64,000 nucleotides of DNA from assembly GCA_964436165.1 (NCBI GenBank), contig CAYTBY010000001.1, positions 6,777-70,776 of the forward strand, written 5' to 3'. This DNA is from an uncultured Candidatus Saccharibacteria bacterium. Lineage in GTDB: Bacteria > Patescibacteriota > Minisyncoccia > 2-02-FULL-40-12 > GWA2-44-9. Below are positions 1 through 10,108 of the stretch, in pieces; positions within the stretch are counted from its first letter, which is position 1, and every line of letters begins with the position of its first letter. The position numbers and the translations under genes were made by a program. Under the pieces are notes generated by a model. The model had not been told where the DNA came from, did no database searches, and worked only from the letters and a program-made list of their open reading frames with translations.

Positions 1-681
1 ATCAGTTTAAGCAAGAATGCCATATTTACTTTTTGGGATGACATCATGGCTATGGCTCTGGCTTACTTTTTTCTGCAGGAATCCAAGTTTTGGAACGTCT
101 CTCTTGCGGTAGGTGTGGTTTTAAGCCTGTCTTCTATGGTTATGTTTTCTTTGCACAAATATTATAAATCAAGAGTTAAAGGCAATGATTTAGGAGAAAA
201 TAATAGTAGTAAATTATCGGAATTTTTTATTTATGTAGCGATCTATAGTTTTATTTGGGGGGCGGTATTCTTCTTTATAAGGTATCAGGCTCTCAAGAAC
301 TTTCCTGTTACTGGCTTTCTTGCATTTTGGTTTATCGGAACCCTTTTAGCTGCTTCTTTAATACTTTTCATCAGCAAGAAAATTAACAATCGAGTTGCGA
401 ATACTGTCGACCACGATTTTTCTTATGACTTGTCCAGGAAAGATATACGGGGCGTGTTTTGGCTAAGCATCTCTATTGTTGCTTCTTTGGCCCTGACCTT
501 TTGGTCATATAAAGTAGCTCCACTAACCGTAAGCCAACCGATTTTCCTGGTGGGAGAAATGATTCTTCCGGCTTTTTTAGGCCTCTATTACTTTAAAGAA
601 ATTAAGAAACTAGATTTGAAGGAGAAATTAATTTTCTCGGTCGGTATTGTTGGCGGCCTGATCGTTATTCTCAGCTTTTAA
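1..681 (+). CDS. DMT/EamA-like multi-pass membrane transporter (5' truncated by window edge)
   Basis: Frame 1 is open from base 1 (ISLSKNAIFTFWDDIMAMALAYFFLQESK...) and aligns by eye with the paralog at 745-1764 (TKTALFTQGDDILSMILAYFILNESK; PIF..GE/QM..P..LGLY.F.E). Many hydrophobic helices. Confidence 0.7.
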   Translation: MSLSKNAIFTFWDDIMAMALAYFFLQESKFWNVSLAVGVVLSLSSMVMFSLHKYYKSRVKGNDLGENNSSKLSEFFIYVAIYSFIWGAVFFFIRYQALKNFPVTGFLAFWFIGTLLAASLILFISKKINNRVANTVDHDFSYDLSRKDIRGVFWLSISIVASLALTFWSYKVAPLTVSQPIFLVGEMILPAFLGLYYFKEIKKLDLKEKLIFSVGIVGGLIVILSF

Positions 682-702
682 CGCCGATCTTATGGTGTAA
701 AT

Positions 703-727
703 AAAAAAAGACCCATATCGCGGGTCT
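703..727 (-). terminator. Rho-independent terminator
   Basis: gaccc/gggtc stem next to an A7 run (T-tract on minus), between convergent DMT genes. Confidence 0.55.
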
Positions 728-744
728 CGTAAGTTTAGATCATT

Positions 745-1764
745 TTAGATATTGGCAAAGATAGTCAGGGTTCCTATTAAACCGATGGCCATTGCCAGTT
801 TACCCTGCCTGGTAAAGTCCTTGAATTCATTAAATACATATAGGCCGATCAGAAGAGGGATCATGACTTGGCCCATTTGGAATATCGGCCGTACCTTCAA
901 TACTTCAGCTAGGGCGAAAGCCTGATAAGAAAGACCAAGACTGATAAATACTACCAGCGAGAGCAGTAATACTGGGTAAATACCTTTTAAAGTTAATTTA
1001 CCGGAAGCCTCTTCCTTGCTGCCAAGAAAAAGAATCAACAGAGAACCAATGAAACTGCTCCCATACCAAGCCGGTAGGAAGTAAAATATCGATAAGCCGT
1101 TAAGACTCAAAACTCTGAACATGAAACTTGTAAGCCCCCAGCCCAAATTATAACCCATTACCCATTTCCAAATCGTCCGATTGTTTTTTCTGCCCTGTTC
1201 TTGAAGAAGGGCTTTATTTTTGTCATCCGTGTCTTTGGGGATGGCGATGGGAGCAGTGACGAACAAAACTGCAGCAATTAAGACCAGGACAATGCCAAGG
1301 CTCCATGATAAGGTGATGACCTTGCTTTCGTTAAGGATGAAATAGGCCAGGATCATTGATAGGATATCATCACCTTGAGTGAAAAGGGCGGTTTTGGTCA
1401 CGTTTAGATCGGTGGCTCGCCATTGGCAGTAACAAGCTCCGCTATTTATTAGACCCATGCCCACTACTAACAAGAAAAAACCATTAAACTGGCTGGAGTC
1501 AAAATCGGTTGAAATAGCTCCAAAAACAAGAGATAAAAAAAAGCAGGTGAAAAACTGGAGGACCAATTTTTTTGTTCTTGATAAAGAACTGGCAACGATC
1601 TTAATAAGTATCGATGCTACTCCATTAGCTATCGCTACTCTCAGAAATACAGTCTGCTGCCAACCTGACAAAAAAATCGCGGCTATTACCATGAACGCAA
1701 AAGCGCTTATTATCGCCAGGAGTATTTTTTTCTGCTTTGTCACTCCCAACACCCTTGTTTTCAA
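745..1764 (-). CDS. DMT/EamA-like transporter (true start possibly GTG at 1743)
   Basis: About 10 hydrophobic segments; paralog of 1-681. Promoter TTGACA(1813-1808)-17-TATAGT(1790-1785) and a boxA-like leader point to the GTG at 1743. Confidence 0.7.
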   Translation of the reverse strand: MKTRVLGVTKQKKILLAIISAFAFMVIAAIFLSGWQQTVFLRVAIANGVASILIKIVASSLSRTKKLVLQFFTCFFLSLVFGAISTDFDSSQFNGFFLLVVGMGLINSGACYCQWRATDLNVTKTALFTQGDDILSMILAYFILNESKVITLSWSLGIVLVLIAAVLFVTAPIAIPKDTDDKNKALLQEQGRKNNRTIWKWVMGYNLGWGLTSFMFRVLSLNGLSIFYFLPAWYGSSFIGSLLILFLGSKEEASGKLTLKGIYPVLLLSLVVFISLGLSYQAFALAEVLKVRPIFQMGQVMIPLLIGLYVFNEFKDFTRQGKLAMAIGLIGTLTIFANI

Positions 1765-1827
1765 AGACCCGTAACTTCAAGATTACTATATTTGATAAAC
1801 CATGAAATGTCAAGCCTTGACAAATGA

Positions 1828-2466
1828 TCAGTATTTTTTTAGCAAAAATGCCGAATCAACATTATCACTGTTCAGATACTTGTATTTCTTTTCTTTTATT
1901 AGTTTTAGATCGATAAATTCATCCAGATACATTTTCGCAAAGTTGCCTTTCCAGAGACGGTTCTTGTGACCGCGATAGGTAATAGCTTGTGTCTGGGGGC
2001 TGAAATATTCAAATCCCCAGATGTATTTTCTTGATGTCCGGCAGATCTCTTTCATTATTTTTTTTATATCTTTAGGATTGATATGGATCAAAACTCCGGA
2101 AGTAAAAACAAGATCAAAATAATTGTCTTTGAACGGCAGGTCAAAAGCGCTTCCCTGAATGATGTTGATGTTTTTAGTATTTGTCTTTGCCAACTCCACC
2201 GCCTTAGGGAATATTTCAATTCCATATAGATTTTTAAATCCTTGCCCCTGAAGTATATTCAGCTGAACCCCAATATTACATCCCACCTCAAGAATGTTAT
2301 TTATTCCCAAATTCCCCAGAAAGTTTTTATTTAACCTCGAGCGAGAAATTCCAAAATTCCTAGTATAAAAATCATCCAGTTGTTTGGGAGAAAATGTATT
2401 CCTGTCTATATATTCTTGGCCGAAATTGGATGACCAAAATTTTTCCTGAATAGTTTGTTTCGTCAT
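1828..2466 (-). CDS. Pseudaminic acid biosynthesis-associated SAM methyltransferase
   Basis: QEKFWSSNFGQEYIDRN N-terminus, ILEVGCNIG SAM motif, FTSGVLIHI; directly downstream of pseC. Confidence 0.85.
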   Translation of the reverse strand: MTKQTIQEKFWSSNFGQEYIDRNTFSPKQLDDFYTRNFGISRSRLNKNFLGNLGINNILEVGCNIGVQLNILQGQGFKNLYGIEIFPKAVELAKTNTKNINIIQGSAFDLPFKDNYFDLVFTSGVLIHINPKDIKKIMKEICRTSRKYIWGFEYFSPQTQAITYRGHKNRLWKGNFAKMYLDEFIDLKLIKEKKYKYLNSDNVDSAFLLKKY

Positions 2467-3623
2467 CTAAAGAAGTTTTTTATTTGATTGCAGATGTATT
2501 TTATGTTTTCTGGTTTTAAGTTCGGATAAAGGGGGAGAGTGATACAGGAGTTGTGATATATCTCTTCATTATTAAGCTTTATATTTTTGTGTCCGCTTTC
2601 TCTGTAATAGGGATGAGAGTATACGGCTGGATAGTGAAAATTTACACCGATACCCTGCCCCTTTAAATAAGATGCCAATTTATTTCGTATAGCCGGATTC
2701 TTCACTCTTATTACAAAAATGTGGTTGGCGGAAGTACCATCTTCAGTTGTCGAAGGAAGGACGATATCCTTTATGCTCTTTAATTTCTCAACATAAGCAT
2801 TAAAGATAGCTTGTCTTGCTTTTATAAATCCATCCAGTTTTTTAAGCTGGCTTAAGCCCAGGGCTGTTTGGATGTCAGTAAGTCTATAATTATGCCCTAA
2901 AGCAGTCATGACATTAAATCCGTCTTTATCTTTGTTTATTCCGTGGGACCGAAGATGTATTAATCTTTCGCAGTAGCTTTTATTGTTAGTTAATATTGCT
3001 CCGCCTTCACCGGTAGTGATTGATTTAACCGGATGAAAACTAAAAATAGTCATATCACCGATACTGCCTATTTTTTTGTTCTGATATGACGCCCCTAATG
3101 CATGACAGGCATCTTCGATAATCAGTAGTTTATATTTTTTAGCTACTTTGTTAATGACATCCATTTCGCAAGGATGGCCGGCAAAGTGAACGGGAACTAT
3201 GGCTTTTGTTCTGGGCGTGATCAGTTCCTCGATTTTGGATGCGTCTATATTATAATTATCCAGACGAATATCACAAAAGACCGGCTTGGCACCTACGGCC
3301 AGTAACATATTGGAAGTAGCAGCAAAGGTGTTGGGTGTAGTAATCACTTCATCGCCAGATTGGATATTTGCGGCTAAATAAGCTAAATGAAGGGCGGCGG
3401 TGCCACTAGAAACCGCAACAGCATAACTAGCTCCACAGTATTTAGCCAGAGCATTTTCAAATTCTTTTACTTTGGGACCCTGGGTCAGCCAATCGGATTT
3501 GAGAACGGCAATAACCGCCCTGATATCATCGGTATCGATTTTCTGGCGGCCATAGGGGATGAGAGTGTTTCCTAGGAAAGCGTTGGTTCTATTTTTGATT
3601 TGAGCTCTTGTTCTGTTAGCCAT
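2463..3623 (-). CDS. pseC: UDP-4-amino-4,6-dideoxy-N-acetyl-beta-L-altrosamine transaminase (DegT family)
   Basis: IPYGRQ..D..DI..V..VLKSDWLTQGP, EDACHALG, SFHPVKSITTGEGG (PLP lysine); exact start uncertain. Confidence 0.88.
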   Translation of the reverse strand: MANRTRAQIKNRTNAFLGNTLIPYGRQKIDTDDIRAVIAVLKSDWLTQGPKVKEFENALAKYCGASYAVAVSSGTAALHLAYLAANIQSGDEVITTPNTFAATSNMLLAVGAKPVFCDIRLDNYNIDASKIEELITPRTKAIVPVHFAGHPCEMDVINKVAKKYKLLIIEDACHALGASYQNKKIGSIGDMTIFSFHPVKSITTGEGGAILTNNKSYCERLIHLRSHGINKDKDGFNVMTALGHNYRLTDIQTALGLSQLKKLDGFIKARQAIFNAYVEKLKSIKDIVLPSTTEDGTSANHIFVIRVKNPAIRNKLASYLKGQGIGVNFHYPAVYSHPYYRESGHKNIKLNNEEIYHNSCITLPLYPNLKPENIKYICNQIKNFFR

Positions 3624-4558
3624 GTATCGTTTGTATTACTGGCAAATGCGATATGGGTATTAAGCTTGGTGCCCATATCGAAGTAATGGTCAAAAAGTTT
3701 TGCCTTGGGTTTAAATTCGGGAAGAATGACAAAGTATCTATCCACTAATATAGTATTACGAGCCTCATGTTCAGTTAGGAGTGTCTCGTGGATTTTTTCT
3801 CCGGGTCGAATACCGATGATTACTTTTTTAGCCTGGGGGGCGAGAGCATCAAACAGTTCGGTGATTTTCATGCTGGGAATTTTGGGTACAATTATCTCTC
3901 CTCCGCCCATATGTTTAATAGCAAATGATACAAGTTGGAAGCTTTCCGGAAGAGTAAGCCAAAAACGGGTCATCTCTGGGTGGGTGATAAATACTTTTTC
4001 TGCCGCCGGTTTTTTTAGGAGGGTTTCAACGATACTGCCCCGGCTTCCCATTACATTACCGTAGCGCACGGCACTGAAGATACTACGTTTTGTAAGCGAT
4101 GTATAAGAATTTGCAGCTACAAAAAGTTTTTCGGCAGCCAGTTTAGTCGCTCCATACAGGTTGATTGGCTGAACCGCCTTGTCACTTGAGATGAGAAGCG
4201 TTTTTGAAACCTTTTGATCAATCGAAGCATCAATTATATTTTGCGAGCCGATTATGTTGGTTTTTACTGCTTCAAATGGATTGTACTCCAGCGTAGGAAC
4301 TTGTTTTAATGCGGCGGCATGGATAACCATATCTACGCCATAAAAGGCTCGCTGAAGGCGGGATAAATCCCGGACATCGCCGATAAAAAACCTAATTCGC
4401 GGATCACCTATCTCTTTTTGCATTTCATATTGCTTGAACTCGTCTCGACTGAAAATAATCAGTTTTTTTAGTTTGCTATTCTTAAGCAAAAATTTAGCAA
4501 AATTTTTGCCGAATGAACCAGTGCCGCCGGTTATAAGAATTGTCTTATTTTTAAACAT
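3572..4558 (-). CDS. pseB: UDP-N-acetylglucosamine 4,6-dehydratase (inverting)
   Basis: ITGGTGSFG, FSRDEFKQ, HAAALKQVP.LEYNP.EA.KTN, SDKAVQPINLYGATK, RYGNVMGSRGS, GIRPGEKIHE. Confidence 0.92.
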   Translation of the reverse strand: MFKNKTILITGGTGSFGKNFAKFLLKNSKLKKLIIFSRDEFKQYEMQKEIGDPRIRFFIGDVRDLSRLQRAFYGVDMVIHAAALKQVPTLEYNPFEAVKTNIIGSQNIIDASIDQKVSKTLLISSDKAVQPINLYGATKLAAEKLFVAANSYTSLTKRSIFSAVRYGNVMGSRGSIVETLLKKPAAEKVFITHPEMTRFWLTLPESFQLVSFAIKHMGGGEIIVPKIPSMKITELFDALAPQAKKVIIGIRPGEKIHETLLTEHEARNTILVDRYFVILPEFKPKAKLFDHYFDMGTKLNTHIAFASNTNDTWLTEQELKSKIEPTLS

Positions 4559-4570
4559 TGTCGTCTTTAA

Positions 4571-4610
4571 AGTCTATCAAATGGTGTCAAATAGTGTCAA
4601 ACGGTGTCAG
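4571..4610 (-). promoter_or_regulatory. pseB promoter overlapped by 10-bp direct repeats (TTTGACACnn)
   Basis: Minus strand reads ctgacaccgt ttgacactat ttgacaccat ttgatagact: TTGACA-18-TAGACT with an extended TGn. Confidence 0.65.
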
Positions 4611-4643
4611 AGAAAATGATTATAAATTCTTAGAAGCTGTCTT

Positions 4644-5729
4644 TCAGGTAAAGGAATTCATTATCGGCTTAAAATCTTTGTAATACTTGGAGCTCGGCTC
4701 TAAGACCTCATAGTGTAAATATTTTTTGCCGGTTTTAAGGGGTTTTACTTTGGTTCTATATATTTTTTTGATAATCGGAAAAGTGCTGCCAATCATTGAT
4801 CTCAGGCGGCGGTAGCGGATTGAATACTGACTTTCGGGTTTTTGGGCTGATGGAAATTCATCGCCGAAGTCTTTAATCAACAGCCAATTAAGAAATCCCC
4901 AAAGAGCTTTACGAAATGCAGTTTTTGCTTCTTTCTCGCCAATACCGTCAACGGCCATTATTTCTTTAGCAAGAATATCCTCGGCCATTTTATAAGATTT
5001 ATACCAGTGTTCCTTCATTATCCAATCAAAGGCATTATATGTGGCGAGATGGCGGTTGTGTATCTGCCTGACCAGACTTAAACAATCAATAATTTTCGAC
5101 TTACCCCCGACAAGCAATAAAGCGCTGGGAACAACCTCGGTGGCTAGAGAACGGTCGGGAATATCTTTTCCAGCGAGCCAATATCTGCGCATGGGATCCA
5201 TACGATGGACAGAAAATCCAGGCGTATAATATTCTCGGAAAAATTTGACGACCCTTTCGGATGCCGTCTCAAGTTCAATTTGTTTTCTGGGGTAATCCGC
5301 GAGGTAGTTTAATTCGCCGTGAACGCCGTTATTCTTGAGGCGAAAGCTTACCGCATAGCCGCCGGCCGATGCATAATCCGGATGCTCTTCAAGAAATTCT
5401 GCGCACTTTGTAAGAGAATCGGGTATGAAATAATCATCATCGCCGATACTTGCGCCGTATTTTTCTTTTATTAAAGATACCAGGTCGTTATGGCTATCGA
5501 TTTGTGTGAAAGATTCAGATTCTCGATATAGTTTATAGATTACTTTTAATGCGCCCTCCAGTTTTTTAATTGCCGTCTGGATTTTATTGCCATGTTCTTC
5601 GTCACTGCCGTCGGCGATATACACCGGATGGGGGGAATTTACGGATGCATAGTACTCCAACTGTCTAATTACAAAATCAGACCGGTTGCGAGTCCTAAAA
5701 TATATAGCCACCAGGGGTTTATTATCCAT
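4644..5729 (-). CDS. GT-A fold (GT2-like) glycosyltransferase
   Basis: TRNR, YIADGS and GDDDY (DXD) motifs; sugar-cluster context. Confidence 0.7.
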   Translation of the reverse strand: MDNKPLVAIYFRTRNRSDFVIRQLEYYASVNSPHPVYIADGSDEEHGNKIQTAIKKLEGALKVIYKLYRESESFTQIDSHNDLVSLIKEKYGASIGDDDYFIPDSLTKCAEFLEEHPDYASAGGYAVSFRLKNNGVHGELNYLADYPRKQIELETASERVVKFFREYYTPGFSVHRMDPMRRYWLAGKDIPDRSLATEVVPSALLLVGGKSKIIDCLSLVRQIHNRHLATYNAFDWIMKEHWYKSYKMAEDILAKEIMAVDGIGEKEAKTAFRKALWGFLNWLLIKDFGDEFPSAQKPESQYSIRYRRLRSMIGSTFPIIKKIYRTKVKPLKTGKKYLHYEVLEPSSKYYKDFKPIMNSFT

Positions 5730-5766
5730 GGTGGTAATCTATCATAATTATAAAAAAACACCACAT

Positions 5767-6726
5767 TTATGTGGTGTAATGTTTTTTGTACCATTCAATA
5801 GTTTTTCTAATTCCTTCGTCTATATTTATTTCCGGTTGCCAGCCCAGTTGCTCTCTTGCCTTGCCGATGTCGATAGTAATAGAACTGTCTTTGATTGTCG
5901 GTTTGGAAAGATCGTTGACTATTTTGAGATCTTTTCCGGACTGTCTTACAATTTTTTCAACCAGTTCTCTGACCGAGACCGTCTCTCCCCGGCCCACATT
6001 GAATATTTCAAATGAGGTTTTTTGCCGATTCATCGCCATGCCGACAAACCGGACCAGGTCATCAATATAAAGCAAATCTCGTCTTTCCTCGCCCGTACCC
6101 CAAATTGTAATTTCTCCATTTGTTGCGTTTAATACTTTATTGATCGTGGCGCCAAAAACATGCGACTTTTCAAGATCAAACTTATCATGGGGGCCGTAGA
6201 TGTTGGAATGTCGAATAACGGTATACCGGGTTCTTCCCTGACGGGCATAGAACTCACATTGTTTTTCGAGGTAAATTTTTGTCCAGCCGGCGGCAAAATA
6301 ATCTCCTAATTCTCTGTTAAGATCCACGTCTGTTTCTTTAAGGAGCCGGTGTCCAAATTCATACATGATGGTACAGCTGAAGAATAACACGTGAGGAACT
6401 TTTCTCTGATGAGCGGCGCGGAAAATGAGAGAATTCATTATTGCATTATCCGTTACGTGTATTTCGGGGTGCTCCTTTATTATCTTAGAACCTGATGTGG
6501 TAGCGGCGGCTTGGACGATTACATCAAAACCTTCACTAAGCAAATTGTCGACGCTTGTTGGATCAGTCAGGTTAACTCGCCTGAGACTTTCGGCGGGAAT
6601 TAATGATGGTGGATTGGATCTGTAAGCACCCGTAACTTCGAGGTCGCTATTCTGCGATAGGGCATTGAAAATATTCCGGCCGATGAACCCGCTGGCGCCG
6701 CAAATAAGAATCCTTTTCTTTTTCAT
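5767..6726 (-). CDS. NAD-dependent epimerase/reductase (GDP-fucose synthase-like)
   Basis: GASGFIG, SNIYGPHDKF, IWGTGEERRDLLY. Start placed at ATG 6726, giving an ATGA overlap with the upstream stop. Confidence 0.8.
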   Translation of the reverse strand: MKKKRILICGASGFIGRNIFNALSQNSDLEVTGAYRSNPPSLIPAESLRRVNLTDPTSVDNLLSEGFDVIVQAAATTSGSKIIKEHPEIHVTDNAIMNSLIFRAAHQRKVPHVLFFSCTIMYEFGHRLLKETDVDLNRELGDYFAAGWTKIYLEKQCEFYARQGRTRYTVIRHSNIYGPHDKFDLEKSHVFGATINKVLNATNGEITIWGTGEERRDLLYIDDLVRFVGMAMNRQKTSFEIFNVGRGETVSVRELVEKIVRQSGKDLKIVNDLSKPTIKDSSITIDIGKAREQLGWQPEINIDEGIRKTIEWYKKHYTT

Positions 6727-7709
6727 TGTTGAGCAACCTCCTCTTTTCTGACTGCTTGGCGGCAAGACTGCAGAAGGTATTCAACGCTTTCCTCGAAGCT
6801 ATATTTTGGTTCCCAACCCGTCTGTTTTTTGAATTTATCCGAATTTATAATCTGCAGAGTGGCATCCACCGGACGGAATAAATTTTGGTCGGCCTTGGAG
6901 GGTATCGGGCAGTGAGCTTTTCTTTTCAGCATTTCCAAAAACTCACCCACAGTTACGATCTTGTTTCCGCCGATATTATAGACCTCTCCCGCTGTTCCCT
7001 TTTCCATGGCTGTCCAATATGCGCTTGCACAGTCTCTTGCGTCCAGAATCGTCCGGGTGGATTCAAGGTTTCCGTGGAGAAGAACTTTCTGTAAGCCGGT
7101 TTCAATGCGCGCTACTTGCATTGCAAAAGCAGTAGCGAACAGGTCCGCTCTGCGGGGGTTGATGTAAGTAGACATCCGGGTGATGATAACTGGCAGACCG
7201 TAACCTTTAAAATATGAATAGCCGAGAGATTCTTGGGCAAACTTGGATACGGCGTATGGATTGTTCGGGTTAATCGGGCAATTCTCGTCTATCGGTATAT
7301 TTTTAGGATCTACTTGCCCGTAAACTTCGGGGGTACTGCACATCTGGACTCGGGGATGTATGTTGGCTAACCGGATCGCTTCCAACAGATTGGCTGTGCT
7401 GATAATATTGTTTCGAAGGGTAAAGGTTATCTTGTCCCAGGATTCTCTTACGTTGGCATAGGAGGCGATGTGGAAAACAAGGTCCGGTTTAAGTCCGGCA
7501 ACCAACTGATACGTGGCGGAATAATCATCCAAGTCGCAGTCGTGAAGAAACAGCTTGTCTGTAATATTTTGGATATTTTTTTGAGAGCGAGAACTACACG
7601 AGCGAAAAGTGCCATGAAGCTCCACTTCCGGATGGTTGTTAACAACATATTCGGCTAAATAGCTGGCTCCTGAACCTGTGATGCCGGTAATCAAAGCTTT
7701 TACAGGCAC
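6723..7709 (-). CDS. GDP-sugar 4,6-dehydratase-like extended SDR
   Basis: LITGITGSGASYLAE, STPEVYG, PYAVSK, GNLESTR, FRPVD; SD AGGAG upstream. Confidence 0.8.
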   Translation of the reverse strand: MPVKALITGITGSGASYLAEYVVNNHPEVELHGTFRSCSSRSQKNIQNITDKLFLHDCDLDDYSATYQLVAGLKPDLVFHIASYANVRESWDKITFTLRNNIISTANLLEAIRLANIHPRVQMCSTPEVYGQVDPKNIPIDENCPINPNNPYAVSKFAQESLGYSYFKGYGLPVIITRMSTYINPRRADLFATAFAMQVARIETGLQKVLLHGNLESTRTILDARDCASAYWTAMEKGTAGEVYNIGGNKIVTVGEFLEMLKRKAHCPIPSKADQNLFRPVDATLQIINSDKFKKQTGWEPKYSFEESVEYLLQSCRQAVRKEEVAQQ

Positions 7710-7808
7710 TCCATATCTCCTTTTTAAGGTGCAAAGTTTCTATACGGATAACATAAAAGCTTATACTTGTACAGAAAACCCGAGAATTTTTCTCGGGCTG
7801 TAATTAGT

Positions 7809-9956
7809 TTAGTGATGGCCGGCAATTTCTTGGTGCGGGTTTTTATTGCCGTTATAGAGATAGGCACCTCGTCTATTGGAATACCAAACCATTTTCTGGT
7901 ACCAATCTTCCCATGTCGGCCACGTTTGAGATCTGCGGTCGATTGTGAATTCTTGAGGTTCATGAGCTAAAGGAATTTTTTGACCCACTAAAACCGATCT
8001 ATAAATACCCCAGGTATTGTAAGAAAGGCGGATACTTATATCTTCTGCCTGAAAAGGTATTTTTAGCAAATGGCGGTTGAGATTAATTGATTCTTCAAGG
8101 ATTTCGATCGGAACTTCAGAGTTTGACATCGCTAGATATCTCAAGAGCTGTCCGGCTTCTTTGTAAAAATCTTCGAGTTTACCTTCCCGGCACAGCTTAA
8201 TCAGGATATGTTCATCGGGCATCCAGTAGATTTTCAGCCACTCTTCCGAATATATGAATTCACCCTGCTTGCCTGCTTGAATGTCCCGGCCAGTTTGAGA
8301 GAAGAATCTGTTAATTTCTGAGAGTACCGGGAAATTGCCGTATTTTGAGAACTGATCAAAGCTGAAAAGTTCCAAGATCTGCCGATAACTAAAGCCATAA
8401 ACTTCGTGGAGGATAATTATGGGAATTTGAAGGAGTTTGCTGAAATAAAATAAGTTTACAGTCCAGCAAAGGATATATGTCTTAACCCAATCTTCGGGCG
8501 GCATAGTGTTGGTTCCAATGACGAATTCTTGTAATTCATCAATTCCGGTATCGGAGTCATTTTTACTGCCGTGAGCATTTATAATTTTTGTTTTTACCGT
8601 TTTGAATCCGTAGCGTTCCTGATATTCCCAATCCGCCATCTCGGTATTGCAAAGGATGGAAAGAATGTTGAACTGAATCCGATTATGCTGGCCGTTAGTA
8701 ATTAATGTTGCAATTCCGTCAAAAAAGGTATCGAATGTTTCCTCGGGCATGCCGGGGATCAGGTCGGTCATGGTAAAAATTCTTTGGGCAGCTAATTCTT
8801 TTTGAATTTCATAATATTGTTCCAGCTTCATGTTATCGCGTCTCACGGCTTTAAGGGTCGGAGGATTAAGTGATTGCTGTGACATTACGGTAGCTTTGTT
8901 GAGGCCGGCTCTTTCCAGGGCTTTTAGGGCTCTAATTGTGTGGGCTTTAGGATTTTTAGAATTCTGGGTTGAGACAGCTTCGGGATAGCCGTATTTTACT
9001 TTCGATTCGGCAAAGAATTCTGCAATTTGCTCGTCTCTTTCTTTGATGCCCCAGTTAGCATCGCAAATAAACCAGTAGGGAACTTTATGCTGTCCGCACC
9101 ACATGATGTCGTTGTATATTTGTGTCATTGGAAATTCGCTCACACGATCTTCTGTCGCTCCGCCCCAATCGCAATATGTGCATGAGAAAGGACAGCCCCG
9201 GTTAGTTTCGTACATTGTGATAAAAACCTGATCCGGATTCTCTTCGATCAACTTATCAAAAACCCCAGTTGTAAAAGGAGATGGTACTTCGGCTAATTCA
9301 TTGTTTTTCATCCGCTCGAGTTTGTTATTGTAACAGAAATTCCCATTTGCATCAGTATAGCTGATTGAAGGAATCAGTCTTTTATTATAGCATCCGTCGA
9401 TTGCCATTTGTTCAAGAATCTTTGTGAATACTCTTTCGCCCTCGCCGTGAACGCAAATATCTATTTCCGGATGAGCCCGATGATAATCAGGGGTAAAATT
9501 TATTCGCTGACGTTTTTGTTCTTCTGCCGTCAGCTCGGTTGTCCTGTTGAGGCGGAATTGCTTCTTACTGTCCGGAACTTGCGGTCCTCCAAAAACAAGA
9601 ATTCCATTCGGATTCCTTTTTTTATATTCCTGCCCCAAGACTAAGGAGTGCTGTTCTCCCCAGGTGTAATTTCCTACGCCAAGTATGTCGCATTCACTTA
9701 ATTTTTCACATATCTCATCAATCTCTCTCCGGTTCTTCGGGAACTTGTAAATTATTTCTTTGAATTCAAGATCGTCGGGATATGGAAAGTGCCGTTTCGC
9801 GTATGCCTGGATTAAACCAGCGGCAAAGGGAAAATAATATTGTCCGGAAAAAGACGTATTTAACTGTATTTGGCCGATCCTTATTTGCCCGTTAGGTTTC
9901 GGCACAATTCTAGGGGGATTTTCGGTCACCGTTTTGAGAGGAATTATAGATCCCAT
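7809..9956 (-). CDS. Cobalamin-binding radical SAM protein (paralog 1)
   Basis: N-terminal B12-type region (FGGPQ, HGEGE); YETNRGCPFSCTYCDWG (CxxxCxxC); DANWG; PGMPEET. Confidence 0.85.
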   Translation of the reverse strand: MGSIIPLKTVTENPPRIVPKPNGQIRIGQIQLNTSFSGQYYFPFAAGLIQAYAKRHFPYPDDLEFKEIIYKFPKNRREIDEICEKLSECDILGVGNYTWGEQHSLVLGQEYKKRNPNGILVFGGPQVPDSKKQFRLNRTTELTAEEQKRQRINFTPDYHRAHPEIDICVHGEGERVFTKILEQMAIDGCYNKRLIPSISYTDANGNFCYNNKLERMKNNELAEVPSPFTTGVFDKLIEENPDQVFITMYETNRGCPFSCTYCDWGGATEDRVSEFPMTQIYNDIMWCGQHKVPYWFICDANWGIKERDEQIAEFFAESKVKYGYPEAVSTQNSKNPKAHTIRALKALERAGLNKATVMSQQSLNPPTLKAVRRDNMKLEQYYEIQKELAAQRIFTMTDLIPGMPEETFDTFFDGIATLITNGQHNRIQFNILSILCNTEMADWEYQERYGFKTVKTKIINAHGSKNDSDTGIDELQEFVIGTNTMPPEDWVKTYILCWTVNLFYFSKLLQIPIIILHEVYGFSYRQILELFSFDQFSKYGNFPVLSEINRFFSQTGRDIQAGKQGEFIYSEEWLKIYWMPDEHILIKLCREGKLEDFYKEAGQLLRYLAMSNSEVPIEILEESINLNRHLLKIPFQAEDISIRLSYNTWGIYRSVLVGQKIPLAHEPQEFTIDRRSQTWPTWEDWYQKMVWYSNRRGAYLYNGNKNPHQEIAGHH

Positions 9957-10019
9957 TTTTCCCTTAATTTTAAAGTTCTTGTCGTGTTATACCTTAAACT
10001 TCAAGTTTTGGCAAATTAA

Positions 10020-10048
10020 CCCCCACACTCATACATGAGTGTGTGGGG
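10020..10048. repeat. Short CCCCACAC...GTGTGGGG palindrome
   Basis: ccccacactcat-ac-atgagtgtgtgggg; ends related to the elements at 13842 and 39562. Confidence 0.6.
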
Positions 10049-10050
10049 TT

Positions 10051-10078
10051 AAAAAGCCCCACCTATTTAGCGGGGCTT
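10051..10078 (-). terminator. Rho-independent terminator
   Basis: aaaaagcccc...ggggctt downstream of the AKR gene. Confidence 0.55.
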
Positions 10079-10108
10079 GGTTTAGAAGCCGTCTGAGAAG
10101 TCCATATT

